In this document: positions 50,613-59,831 of the stretch, in pieces
How positions within the stretch are numbered: position 1 is the stretch's first letter
How the letters are laid out: each line of letters begins with the position of its first letter
Source of the DNA: Candidatus Latescibacterota bacterium
Lineage (GTDB): Bacteria > Latescibacterota > UBA2968 > UBA8231
Length of the DNA: 64,000 bases
Reading direction: 5' to 3'
Assembly (NCBI GenBank): GCA_965242865.1
Contig: CBDETK010000013.1
Location: 3,232,001 to 3,296,000, forward strand
Made by a program: the position numbers and the translations under genes
Notes under the pieces: generated by a model
Told to the model about the DNA's origin: nothing
Seen by the model: only the letters and a program-made list of their open reading frames with translations
Database searches by the model: none

Positions 50613-51428
50613 CTACTCCTTCACAGCCCCCGCCGTCAGCCCCTGCGTGAAAAACCGCTGGGTGAAGAGGAAGAACAGCACCGTCGGCACCAAGGCGATG
50701 ATGGAGGCCGCTGAAATGTAGCGCCAGTTGACCCCAAAGACGCCTTGGAGGCTGGCCAACCCCAATTGCAGGGTGTACAGCTCGCGGCTTTTGAGCACCA
50801 CGAGCGGCCACAGAAAATCGTTCCACTGGGCCACAAACGTAAAAGCCGCCTGAGCGGCGAGGGCCGGTTTGACTAGGGGCAGCATAATGCGCGCATAGAT
50901 GGTCCACGGGCCGCAGCCATCTATGCGGGCGGCGTCCTCTAGATCGGTGGGAATGGTGGTGAAGGCTTGGCGCAAGAGAAAGATGCCGAAGGCATTGACC
51001 GCCACCGGCAGGATGACGCCCGCATATGAATCCACGAGGCCCAGCTTCAAGGTGACGATAAAGAGCGGAATTAAGAGGACTTGGAACGGCACCATGGTCG
51101 TGGCCAGTATGCAGTAGAAAATGGCTTGACGACCGCGAAAGCGCATGCGGGCGAGGACGTAACCGGCCAGCGAGCAGCACGTCAAGTTGAGCAAGACGGT
51201 GGCGATGGCAATGTAGAACGTATTGAACAGGTAGCGCACAAACGGGAGGATGTGCCAAGCCTTGGCAAAGTTGCTCCAGACGATGGGGTCGGGAATCCAC
51301 TGCGGAGGATGGGCGAACAGATCGGCCGCTTCGGATTTGAGCGCGGTGGATAGCAGCCAAGCGAACGGGGCCAGCAAAACAGCGCCGACCGCGCACAGGA
51401 CTGCGTAGAGCAGAACGCGCTGGACCAT
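50613..51428 (-). CDS. Carbohydrate ABC permease (MalG-like)
   Basis: EAA motif; six TM segments. Confidence 0.92.
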   Translation of the reverse strand: MVQRVLLYAVLCAVGAVLLAPFAWLLSTALKSEAADLFAHPPQWIPDPIVWSNFAKAWHILPFVRYLFNTFYIAIATVLLNLTCCSLAGYVLARMRFRGRQAIFYCILATTMVPFQVLLIPLFIVTLKLGLVDSYAGVILPVAVNAFGIFLLRQAFTTIPTDLEDAARIDGCGPWTIYARIMLPLVKPALAAQAAFTFVAQWNDFLWPLVVLKSRELYTLQLGLASLQGVFGVNWRYISAASIIALVPTVLFFLFTQRFFTQGLTAGAVKE

Positions 51429-51429
51429 C

Positions 51430-52350
51430 TCAAGCTCCCCGCCCGGCGAGGCGAAAGTTGAGCAGGGCAAAGACCAATATGACGACCAACAAGCAGAGCG
51501 AAACGGCCGCGGCGTACCCCACTTCGAGGTATTTGAATCCGAGCGTGTAGATGTAGTAGGCCAACAAGTTGGTGCGGTGAAAGGGGCCGCCGCCGGTCAT
51601 CACGTACACTTCGCCAAAGGTGCGCAAGGCGGCAATGGTGGCGATGATCGAGACCACGAGGGTGTAGGGTTTGATCGTCGGGATGATGACGTGGTACACG
51701 ACCTGCCACCAACCCGCGCCATCGACGCGGGCTGCTTCCTTGAGCTGGGCCGGGATGCCCTGCAAGCCGGCCAAATAGATGATCATGTAGTACGGCGCGG
51801 CCTTCCACACGGTGACCAAGCCCACGGCCAACAGGGCAATCGCCGGCTCGGTCAACCACCCGGCCTCGACCTCCACGCCCAGCAGGCCCAACAGCACCTC
51901 GGGGACGCCGCGCCCATCGGCCAGCCACGACGGACCGCTGACGCCCAGCCCCTTGAGAAAGGCGTTGAGCAGGCCATCGGCGTTGTAGAGCCACTTCCAG
52001 ACGATGCCCGCGACGACGATGGAGGTGACGACCGGAATGTAGTACAGGGTGCGAAACACCTTGATCAGCCGCAGGGAATTGTCGAGCAGGAGCGCCATGA
52101 AAAACGAGAGCACGACGAGCGAGGGCACGACGATGCCCGCGTAGAGCAGGGTATTGGCCAAGACCCGCCAAAACAGCTCATCGCCCCAAGCGCGGCGAAA
52201 ATTGTCGAGGCCGACAAAGGTGGGTGGCGAGAAGATGTTGTAGCGGTGCAGGCTGAGATAGAGCGTGTCGAGCAAGGGATAGGCAAAGAACAGGGCTAGG
52301 AGCAACAGCCCGGGGGCGACAAAGCAATACGGTGCGTAGCGTCCGTACAT
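51430..52350 (-). CDS. Carbohydrate ABC permease (MalF-like)
   Basis: FVGLDNF, LAGLQGIP..LKEAARVDGA, MTGGGP. Confidence 0.92.
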   Translation of the reverse strand: MYGRYAPYCFVAPGLLLLALFFAYPLLDTLYLSLHRYNIFSPPTFVGLDNFRRAWGDELFWRVLANTLLYAGIVVPSLVVLSFFMALLLDNSLRLIKVFRTLYYIPVVTSIVVAGIVWKWLYNADGLLNAFLKGLGVSGPSWLADGRGVPEVLLGLLGVEVEAGWLTEPAIALLAVGLVTVWKAAPYYMIIYLAGLQGIPAQLKEAARVDGAGWWQVVYHVIIPTIKPYTLVVSIIATIAALRTFGEVYVMTGGGPFHRTNLLAYYIYTLGFKYLEVGYAAAVSLCLLVVILVFALLNFRLAGRGA

Positions 52351-52355
52351 GGCGG

Positions 52356-53612
52356 CTATTCGACAAAGCGCAACAGGTGATTCCACTTGGCTTCGATGCG
52401 GCTCAGGGCCGCAGCCGCGCTCTGCTGGCCGGCCAATGCCTTGGCAAATTCCTCGTGGAGAATGTCCTCCATCCGGCTCCAGCCCTCGACGTCGGGCGGG
52501 GCCATGACAAAGGAGTGGGGGATGTCGGCCGCGGAAAGCTGGTTGGCGGCGTCGGCCAGCGTGGTGGGCGGGCGGCGGAAATAGGGATCGGCGGCCGCGG
52601 CCACGGTCGAGGGCAAAATGGCAACGCGGCGGCAGAATTCGAGCTGATTGGCGTCGTTGGTGACAAACAGCCCTAAGTCAACGGCTTCCTCTACGTGCGG
52701 CGAGGCTTTGGGCACGACCAAGACTTGGCTGGTGGCCGGCACTTGGCCGAGGCGGCCGCGCGGCATGGGCGCGGGGGCCGCCTTTTTGGCAAAGGAGTCG
52801 TCGAAGTAGCGGGTGATCCACCCGCCGGAAAAGGGCAGCATGGCGGCGCGGCCCTCGATGAACCAATTGACCTCGTCGCGGTGGGCCGCAGCGAGCGCTT
52901 CGGGCGGCACGACCCCTTGCTGATAGGCGTCAACCCACTTTTGCACGATGGCCTCGGCCTCGGGATGGTTGATGCGGGTGCGGCGGGCGTTGGGCGCAAA
53001 GAGCGGCCAGAAGCCGTCTAGGCGCAACAACGCCCAAGGCGGGGCTATGAGCGAGGGATGCAGCCGCCAAGAGACGCCGTATTTGCCGGTGCGCTCGCGG
53101 ATTTGGCGGCCCATGGCGAGCATCTCGTCGATGGTCGCGGGCGGGTCGGCGGGGTCGAGCCCGGCTTGGGCGAAGAGGGCTTTGTTGTACCAGAGCATGG
53201 TGACGCCGGCGTACCAAGGGAGGGCGTAGTTGCGGCCTTGGAAGTAGCCCATGCCGCGCCAGAAGTTTGCCAGCCGCTTGGCCTTGTCGGCCGGTGCGAC
53301 CGCCGCGTCCATGTTGACGAGGATATCGTATTGCAGGAAGCGGGGCAGGTCGTAGATGTTGGCCAAGTCTGGGGGCGCGTCGCCGACCAAGGCAGCGAGA
53401 AATTTTTCGGCCACTTCGCCGCCGCTGACATCGACCCACTTGACTTGTACGCCGGGCCGCGCCCGTTCGTACTCGGCGATCATGCCCAAGATGTAATCGG
53501 CGAACGCATCGCCGAGGGCAATGGTCCAAAACTCGAGGGTGACTGAGGAGTTTGGGCGCGGGTCCGGGCCGCAGGACGAAAGGGCGAGGAGGAGAAGGAG
53601 GGCTAAGAGCAT
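52356..53612 (-). CDS. Carbohydrate ABC substrate-binding lipoprotein
   Basis: Lipobox LSSC; APPDL, YALPWY, WYNKALFAQAG. Confidence 0.9.
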   Translation of the reverse strand: MLLALLLLLALSSCGPDPRPNSSVTLEFWTIALGDAFADYILGMIAEYERARPGVQVKWVDVSGGEVAEKFLAALVGDAPPDLANIYDLPRFLQYDILVNMDAAVAPADKAKRLANFWRGMGYFQGRNYALPWYAGVTMLWYNKALFAQAGLDPADPPATIDEMLAMGRQIRERTGKYGVSWRLHPSLIAPPWALLRLDGFWPLFAPNARRTRINHPEAEAIVQKWVDAYQQGVVPPEALAAAHRDEVNWFIEGRAAMLPFSGGWITRYFDDSFAKKAAPAPMPRGRLGQVPATSQVLVVPKASPHVEEAVDLGLFVTNDANQLEFCRRVAILPSTVAAAADPYFRRPPTTLADAANQLSAADIPHSFVMAPPDVEGWSRMEDILHEEFAKALAGQQSAAAALSRIEAKWNHLLRFVE

Positions 53613-54250
53613 GTCTTAAACAGGCTCTTGCGGCCTATCCTGCTGCACAAAGGGCACTCGGTCGGCTGGTGCCCGCGCGCCGGGCAATGCTCGCGGCCAA
53701 AGTAGATGATTTGCAGGTGCAGGTCGTTCCAGCGCGCTTGGGGGAAGAGCCGCTTGCAGTCTCGTTCGGTCTGCTCGACGCTCTTGCCGCTGGACAGCCC
53801 CCAGCGGTAAATCAGCCGATGGATGTGGGTATCCACCGGAAAGGTCGGCACCCCGAAATTTTGGGCCAACACGACTTGGGCGGTCTTGTGTCCCACCCCG
53901 GGCAGGCGTTCGAGCGCGGCTAAATCGGGCGGGACTTGGCCGCCGTGTTCGGCGAGCAGGATGTGCGAGAGCTGCCAGATGGCCTTGGACTTGCGCGGGG
54001 CCAGCCCGCAGGGGCGAATGATTTGTTCGATCTCTGCCGCGGCCAGCTCGACCATGCGCTCGGGCCGGTCCGCGCGCGCAAAGAGCACCGGCGTTACTTG
54101 GTTGACGCGCACATCAGTGCATTGCGCCGAAAGCAACACGGCAATGAGATGCGTGTAAGGATCCCGGCGTTTGAGCGGGACGGCGGGATTGGGATAGAGC
54201 CGCTGGAGGACGTCGAGGACGATCGGAACTTTGGCCGTGGTTGTTAGCAT
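53603..54250 (-). CDS. nth: Endonuclease III
   Basis: LLSAQCTD, HhH LPGVGHKTA, VDTH, GREHC...C.LC. Confidence 0.93.
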   Translation of the reverse strand: MLTTTAKVPIVLDVLQRLYPNPAVPLKRRDPYTHLIAVLLSAQCTDVRVNQVTPVLFARADRPERMVELAAAEIEQIIRPCGLAPRKSKAIWQLSHILLAEHGGQVPPDLAALERLPGVGHKTAQVVLAQNFGVPTFPVDTHIHRLIYRWGLSSGKSVEQTERDCKRLFPQARWNDLHLQIIYFGREHCPARGHQPTECPLCSRIGRKSLFKTCS

Positions 54251-54293
54251 CCTACCCGTGCTTTGGCGCGAGGGCGGGGTCCGTTGAGGCAAA

Positions 54294-55427
54294 CTAGGAC
54301 GATTTGCCGCTGGCCGCCCACTGCTTTTTCATCGCCGCCATCTCCTCATTCGGGGCGATTTTCCTACGGGTGATCTGGCCGTTGGGGTCGTGGAGCCAGC
54401 GGCCCTGATTGTCGCGGAGGACGGGCATGCGCTGGGCGACGGCGGGCGGCGCGGCCGCGCAGGTGGGTTCGGCCGCGTACCAGTAGGCGACGCTGCTCAT
54501 TTCGTTGCAGAGGTGATTGCCATGGCCGTGTTCGATGGTGGCCTTGATTTCTCGCTCAAAGCGAACCGGATTTTCGAGGTGGTGGACGTAGGAAGTTTGG
54601 TAGCCGTCGGTGTTGGCTTCGTGGATGGAGGAGCCGTTGCGCCCAAAGGCGTTGTCCTGCATGCCCCAAGCCTGATTGAGGTAATCCTCGCTGCCGGTGC
54701 CGTGCAATTCCGGGGGCCACTTGTAGCCATCAACCCAGATCATGTCGTCGCCCTCGCCCCACCAAGTGCCTTGGAAGTTGGTGACGCTGATGTTGCAGCC
54801 GATGTAGTGGCCGCGCCCTTGGGTCTCCAAGAGGACGTAGTTGTTGTCCCAAGCGGTTTGTCCCTCGTTGGCGATGTTGGCTTCTGGCGCGTTGACGCGG
54901 ATCTCGGGCCCCCAGCCGCCAAAGGGGTTTTCGCGGCGGAACTCCGCGTGAAAGTACCCGGCCTCGGTGGGCACCTCGCCGGTCTCGTAATCGACGTAGA
55001 AGTACTGGCGGTGCCGCTCGCTGCTCTCGTTGACCAACTCGACGACCGCCCGCTGGCGGAAGGGCATTTGCACGTAGGAGTTGAGGGCGCAGCCGGCATT
55101 AAAAACGTGGTTGCTGCGCGTCGAGGCGGAAAACAGCAGGGACTGGTAGGAGTTGACGAGGCCGTGGCCGAGGCCGAAGAAATCGCCCAACGGGCACACC
55201 ACGCTGGGAAAATCTGCGTCGTCCCACGTGATCTTGAGCAAGCACTCTCGGTAGTGGTTGGCTTGGGTTAGCCAAAGGTGCGTGATGCGGCCGGGGCCTT
55301 TGAGATCGGCGAGGACGGCGCGCTCGCCGGGTTCGATCCACCACGCGTCGCTGTTGCGGCCGGTTTTGTCCCAAGACGAGGCGCGCCCGGTCTGGGCGTC
55401 GCGGATATGGGCGAGTTGGTCGAGCAT
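54294..55427 (-). CDS. DUF2961 / glycoside hydrolase family 172-like protein
   Basis: GPGRITHLW, PLGDFF, WWGEGD, GTGSEDY, EHGH.N, SSVAYWY. Confidence 0.85.
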   Translation of the reverse strand: MLDQLAHIRDAQTGRASSWDKTGRNSDAWWIEPGERAVLADLKGPGRITHLWLTQANHYRECLLKITWDDADFPSVVCPLGDFFGLGHGLVNSYQSLLFSASTRSNHVFNAGCALNSYVQMPFRQRAVVELVNESSERHRQYFYVDYETGEVPTEAGYFHAEFRRENPFGGWGPEIRVNAPEANIANEGQTAWDNNYVLLETQGRGHYIGCNISVTNFQGTWWGEGDDMIWVDGYKWPPELHGTGSEDYLNQAWGMQDNAFGRNGSSIHEANTDGYQTSYVHHLENPVRFEREIKATIEHGHGNHLCNEMSSVAYWYAAEPTCAAAPPAVAQRMPVLRDNQGRWLHDPNGQITRRKIAPNEEMAAMKKQWAASGKSS

Positions 55428-55440
55428 GACGCGCTCCTTG

Positions 55441-56655
55441 CTAAGCCTTGACGGCGCCGGTCTTTTGCACCTGTTCGTAAATCCGAGCGAATTCCGCGGA
55501 CCCGTCGTCGTTCCACACCTCGCTCCGCACCCCGCGCACATTGCCCTCAACAAATCCGGTCAGCCGCTCGACCGCCGGGATGCTCGGGGTGTAGTACCGA
55601 GTGCCGCCAGGCAGGTGCAAGACGCCGACGTGGCGCGGCAGTTCGCTCTGGGGCCGCACGGCGAGTTCGTCCAAGACGCGCTCATCGACCTCCACGCCCA
55701 GCCCCGGCCCTTCGGGGACCGGCGTGCTGCCCTCGCTGACTTCGAGGCGGCCCCCGGTCACATCCTCGGCGTACTGGTCGTCGAGGTTGGTCGAATGCGA
55801 GACATTGGGCATGACCGCGCCCAAGTGCATGGCCATGGCCTTGCACAAGGTGCCGCCGGTGAGCTGGACCACGGTCGACAGGCCGGCCGCGGCCGCGGCC
55901 CAACCCCGGCGGATGGAGTGGCCAATGCCCATTTCGCCGATCATGTAGAGATCGGCCACATCCCGCTGAATCTCCGGGCCACCCCCTAGCTGCGGCACGT
56001 GCATCAGAAGCGGCAGGGAGGTCTTGCCGCGCAACAGGCGCCAGCCCTCGATGTCATAGGGATAGAGCGGGTCTTCCAAGAAGCCGACGACCGGAAACTT
56101 TTCCAGCTCATCGACGATGCGTAGCACGGCCGTAGCGGGCCGATTGTGGTTGAAGTCCCAGTGGACCTTAAAGCCGGGCGGCGCGACCTCTTGGGCGGCG
56201 CACGTCTGCTCGATCACGTCGTGGTGCTCGGCCGAGTGCATCTTGAAAATGGTATAGCCCTCTTGGGCGGCGCGTTGGATTTCGCGGGCAAAGTCCTCGG
56301 GGGCCGCCGGTCGGGTCCACGCGGCTACGGGTACGCGATCGCGGACCTTCTGGCCCAACAGCTTGTACGCCGGCTCTTCAATGGCCTTGCCCATGGCGTC
56401 GTACAGCGCGCCCATCAGGCCGGTGTTGAGCGCACCGGCAACGTAGTTGAACGGCGATTGGTCGATCAGGCCCGCGATTTGCCCTTCGGAGAGCGAGGTG
56501 TGGCCGCGCGCGTCGCCGTAGCCCACGACGCCGTTGTCGAGCGTTACGCGAAAGACGGTCTGGGTGTCAATGCCGGCGAAGCGGACTTCGTGGCCTTGAT
56601 AGCGGTCGCAGAGCCGCGGGTTGAGGTGAAAGCATTCGACGTTGGTGATTTTCAT
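55441..56655 (-). CDS. Mandelate racemase/muconate lactonizing (enolase superfamily) enzyme
   Basis: G.VGYG, LLG.KVRDRV, FKMH, WDFN, LEDP, PEGPGLGVE. Confidence 0.85.
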   Translation of the reverse strand: MKITNVECFHLNPRLCDRYQGHEVRFAGIDTQTVFRVTLDNGVVGYGDARGHTSLSEGQIAGLIDQSPFNYVAGALNTGLMGALYDAMGKAIEEPAYKLLGQKVRDRVPVAAWTRPAAPEDFAREIQRAAQEGYTIFKMHSAEHHDVIEQTCAAQEVAPPGFKVHWDFNHNRPATAVLRIVDELEKFPVVGFLEDPLYPYDIEGWRLLRGKTSLPLLMHVPQLGGGPEIQRDVADLYMIGEMGIGHSIRRGWAAAAAGLSTVVQLTGGTLCKAMAMHLGAVMPNVSHSTNLDDQYAEDVTGGRLEVSEGSTPVPEGPGLGVEVDERVLDELAVRPQSELPRHVGVLHLPGGTRYYTPSIPAVERLTGFVEGNVRGVRSEVWNDDGSAEFARIYEQVQKTGAVKA

Positions 56656-56670
56656 GGATGGGCTCCTATT

Positions 56671-58050
56671 CTAATTCAGGATTTTGCCGGGATTCATCAA
56701 GTTGTCGGGGTCGAGTGCTCTTTTGATGCGGCGCATGATCTCGACGCCCGGGCCGCACTCGGCTTCCAGCGCGTCGATTTTGCCCAAGCCGATGCCGTGT
56801 TCGCCGGTGCAAGTTCCCCCGGCTTGAAGTGCCCACTCGACGATCTGCTCGCCCAAGCGCTGCACTTGCGCCCGTTCCGCGGCGTTGCCCGGCTCAATGA
56901 GGCAGACGACGTGGAAGTTGCCGTCGCCGACGTGGCCAAAAAGCGGCGCGGGAAAGTCGAGTGCGGCCAGCGCGGCGCGCGTCTGGTGGATGCAGCGAGC
57001 AAGGGCCGTGATCGGGACGCAGACATCGGTTACATAGCCCACCGAGCCGGGGCGGAGTGCCCGCGCAGCGTAATAGGCATCGTAGCGCGCCTGCCACAAG
57101 CGGTCGCGCTCCCCCTCGGCCGTAGCCCAGCGGAAAGGGCCGCCGCTCCGCCGGGCCACGTATGCGCCAGCGGTTTCAGCTTGTTCGACAACCCCCTTTT
57201 CCGAGCCGTGAAATTCAAAAAAGAGCGTTGGTGCCACCTCGTAATCAAGGCCCGCGTATTGGTTGCAAGCCCGCATCTGCACTTCGTCGAGCAATTCGAG
57301 CCGGGCGACGGGGATCCCCGCGCTCAAAACGTTGATGGCCGCGGCGACGGCCGTGTCGAGATCGGCAAAGGGACAGACAGCGGCGGAAACTGCCGCTGGC
57401 AGCTTGGCTAGGCGTAGGGTTACTTCGGTGATAAGGGCCAGCGTGCCTTCGGCGCCGACCAGCAGAGCGGTCAGGTCGTAGCCAGCCGAGGATTTGCGCG
57501 CCCGCCCGCCCACTTCGACGACCGCGCCATCGGCGAAGACGGCCTTGAGGCCCAAGACGTTGTCGCGCATGGTGCCATAGCCCACCGCAGCACTGCCAGA
57601 GGCGCGCGTGGCGGCCATGCCGCCCAAGGAGGCGTCGGCACCGGGATCGACCGGAAAGTGCAGGCCGGTCCCTTGCGCTCGGAGATATTCGTTGAGTTGC
57701 TGACGGGTGACGCCGGCTTCGACCGTGGCGTCCATGTCGGCAGCACTGACGCGGAGGATGCGGTTCAGGCGCGAGAGATCGACGCACAGGCCACCGCGCA
57801 CGGCGACGATACCGCCTTCAACAGCCGTGCCCGTGCCAAAGGGCACAATCGGTACTTGGTGTGCGCTGCATATCCGGGCGATTTGGGCTACTTCCTCTAC
57901 GCTCGTGGGAAAGGCCACGGCCTGCGGCGGTTGCGGCGCGTGGTAGGAGGCGTCGGCCGCGTGGGCGCGGCGCACCGCAGGGGTCGCGTTCAGGCGCGGG
58001 CCGAGGAGAGCGGCCAGTGCCGACAGGGCTTGGGGGGCCATGGGGTTCAT
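56671..58050 (-). CDS. FAD-linked oxidase, D-lactate dehydrogenase/GlcD family
   Basis: PFGTGT..EG, PVDPGA, G.EGTL, GHVGDGNFH, GEHGIG, NPGK. Confidence 0.92.
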   Translation of the reverse strand: MNPMAPQALSALAALLGPRLNATPAVRRAHAADASYHAPQPPQAVAFPTSVEEVAQIARICSAHQVPIVPFGTGTAVEGGIVAVRGGLCVDLSRLNRILRVSAADMDATVEAGVTRQQLNEYLRAQGTGLHFPVDPGADASLGGMAATRASGSAAVGYGTMRDNVLGLKAVFADGAVVEVGGRARKSSAGYDLTALLVGAEGTLALITEVTLRLAKLPAAVSAAVCPFADLDTAVAAAINVLSAGIPVARLELLDEVQMRACNQYAGLDYEVAPTLFFEFHGSEKGVVEQAETAGAYVARRSGGPFRWATAEGERDRLWQARYDAYYAARALRPGSVGYVTDVCVPITALARCIHQTRAALAALDFPAPLFGHVGDGNFHVVCLIEPGNAAERAQVQRLGEQIVEWALQAGGTCTGEHGIGLGKIDALEAECGPGVEIMRRIKRALDPDNLMNPGKILN

Positions 58051-58148
58051 GGGCGGGTAATATGCCCAATGGCTAGAGGGACGTCAAAGAAGTCGATCAT
58101 CAAACTCAGGCGAGTGCGGCGGCCGATCATAAGGCAGAGGAATAGCCC

Positions 58149-58180
58149 TTGACAAACTGTTCGCTATCTGCGAACATGAT
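58149..58180 (+). promoter_or_regulatory. TA promoter region with palindromic operator
   Basis: TTGACA at 58149; perfect inverted repeat TGTTCGC-tatct-GCGAACA at 58158-58176. Confidence 0.55.
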
Positions 58181-58202
58181 CGGCATGAATGCGCGGAAAG
58201 GT

Positions 58203-58460
58203 ATGGCGATTGAGTGGGGGGTCAAGGCGATCAGGGATATGCGCCGCCTCGCTGCACAGGATCGCGAGAGAATCGTTGCCAAGGTTGAACAGTATGCCAG
58301 AGATCCGGCCTCTTTGGCCAACCAAGTGATTATATTGACCGGCAGTGAGTATCGGCGCATGAGAGTTGGAGACTATCGAGTTATCTTCGGCATTGAATAC
58401 AACCAGACCACTGTCATAGTGGTACTGAGAGTTCGGCATAGGAGAGAAGTCTATGGCTGA
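58203..58460 (+). CDS. RelE/ParE-family toxin
   Basis: YRRMRVGDYRVIF...VRHRREVY. Confidence 0.9.
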   Translation: MAIEWGVKAIRDMRRLAAQDRERIVAKVEQYARDPASLANQVIILTGSEYRRMRVGDYRVIFGIEYNQTTVIVVLRVRHRREVYG

Positions 58461-58791
58461 CACTGGAACCATTATTTTGCCCCGGGCGGAATACAATGCC
58501 TTGATCGCCCGCAATGAAGAGCTTGAAGACAGGCTGGCTGCACTTGATGCGGACGATGGCAGCCGCATCCCTCACGATGTGGCTCTTGCCATCATGCGCG
58601 GCGAGAACCCGGTGGCTGCATTGCGCCATCATCTGGGTGTCACGCTACGCGATTTATCCAAGAAAACGGGGATCGCCGCGAGCTATCTGTCCGAGATCGA
58701 GCGCGGGCTCAAGCCCGGCTCCGCAGCAACGCTATCTCGGATCGCCCATGCGCTTGGCACGACGATTGATACCTTGGTGGTCGAGCCGTGA
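58453..58791 (+). CDS. XRE HTH antitoxin
   Basis: GENPVAALR...TLRDLSKKTGIAASYLSEIERG. Confidence 0.88.
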   Translation: MADTGTIILPRAEYNALIARNEELEDRLAALDADDGSRIPHDVALAIMRGENPVAALRHHLGVTLRDLSKKTGIAASYLSEIERGLKPGSAATLSRIAHALGTTIDTLVVEP

Positions 58792-58924
58792 TTTACTGCG
58801 GTGTTGAGGGGATAAGCGGGCGGATATGATCATGGCCTACTCGGCCAGCGACCGCCAATTCGTCTTGGAAAAAGACCGCTCGTGACCCGCAACGGGTACC
58901 AGCGGATGGTGCAGCAGGCAGGTC

Positions 58925-59722
58925 CTACTCGGGGGTGAAGTCGCTGGGGGCGAGGGTGTACCAGTACACCGTGCCGTTGTCGATCAGCGGCTGGATTTCG
59001 TGGACATTGCGGACGCTGGCGATGGCGGCGTGGGCGGGATGCCCTGTAAACCGGGTAAGTAGAGCGGCGTTGCGCTGGGCGCGGCTCGTATCGCGTTGGT
59101 CGGCCGTGTAGGAAGCCTCGACCGCGATATAGTGGATAGCCCTCGCGGAGTCCGCGACCTCAATGACCAGATCGGCGCGAACGAAGCTGCGCTGGTCGTT
59201 TTGGGGAATGTCGGCGATCTCAGCGAGATCGCGGTCGAAAATCAATTGGCCGAGGTCCCGCCTCATCAAGAGCCCCTTAAACCGAAAGCCCATACCGGCG
59301 GCGATCTCTAGGAAATGCGCGCCGACCACCTGTCGGGCTACTTTGCCGCGCAATTCGCCGATAGCAGTCTCCATTCGCTTATTGAACTGCCGCTGGTCCT
59401 TATTAAACTGCCGCTGGTCCTTATTGAACTGCCGCTGCTCTTCATTAAACTGCCGCAACTCGTCAAGGGTCTTGTCGATGCTGTCTAAACGCCGATCCAC
59501 CCGTTTATTAATCCGCCGCTGCTCGTCATTGAATTGCCGCTGCTCATCATTGAATTGCCGCTGCTCGTCAATAAAGCTCTCGACGCACGTCTCGAACTTG
59601 GCAAGCCGCTCGGGTAGCTGAAGCAGCTCGTCGCTGAGAACGTGGCGGCGGACGGCTTGGCGGAACTCGTCGTTTTCGTTCAGCAGGTGAATTAGATCGT
59701 CGGTTGTGTGAATGACGGTCAT
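58925..59722 (-). CDS. Heptad-repeat coiled-coil protein with C-terminal PD-(D/E)XK-like domain
   Basis: 21-bp DNA repeats encoding (E/D)QRQFN(D/E/K); ADLVI...IAVEAS...DTSRA. Confidence 0.7.
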   Translation of the reverse strand: MTVIHTTDDLIHLLNENDEFRQAVRRHVLSDELLQLPERLAKFETCVESFIDEQRQFNDEQRQFNDEQRRINKRVDRRLDSIDKTLDELRQFNEEQRQFNKDQRQFNKDQRQFNKRMETAIGELRGKVARQVVGAHFLEIAAGMGFRFKGLLMRRDLGQLIFDRDLAEIADIPQNDQRSFVRADLVIEVADSARAIHYIAVEASYTADQRDTSRAQRNAALLTRFTGHPAHAAIASVRNVHEIQPLIDNGTVYWYTLAPSDFTPE

Positions 59723-59831
59723 CAGGGTCTCCAAGGCGGGGTCTGCTTATGCCCTCGTCTCCTACGTTTAATGTCGAAATCGTCTATGTCTTTGTCAACG
59801 AAACCGGCTCGACGCGCAGCCGTAGAAACGC

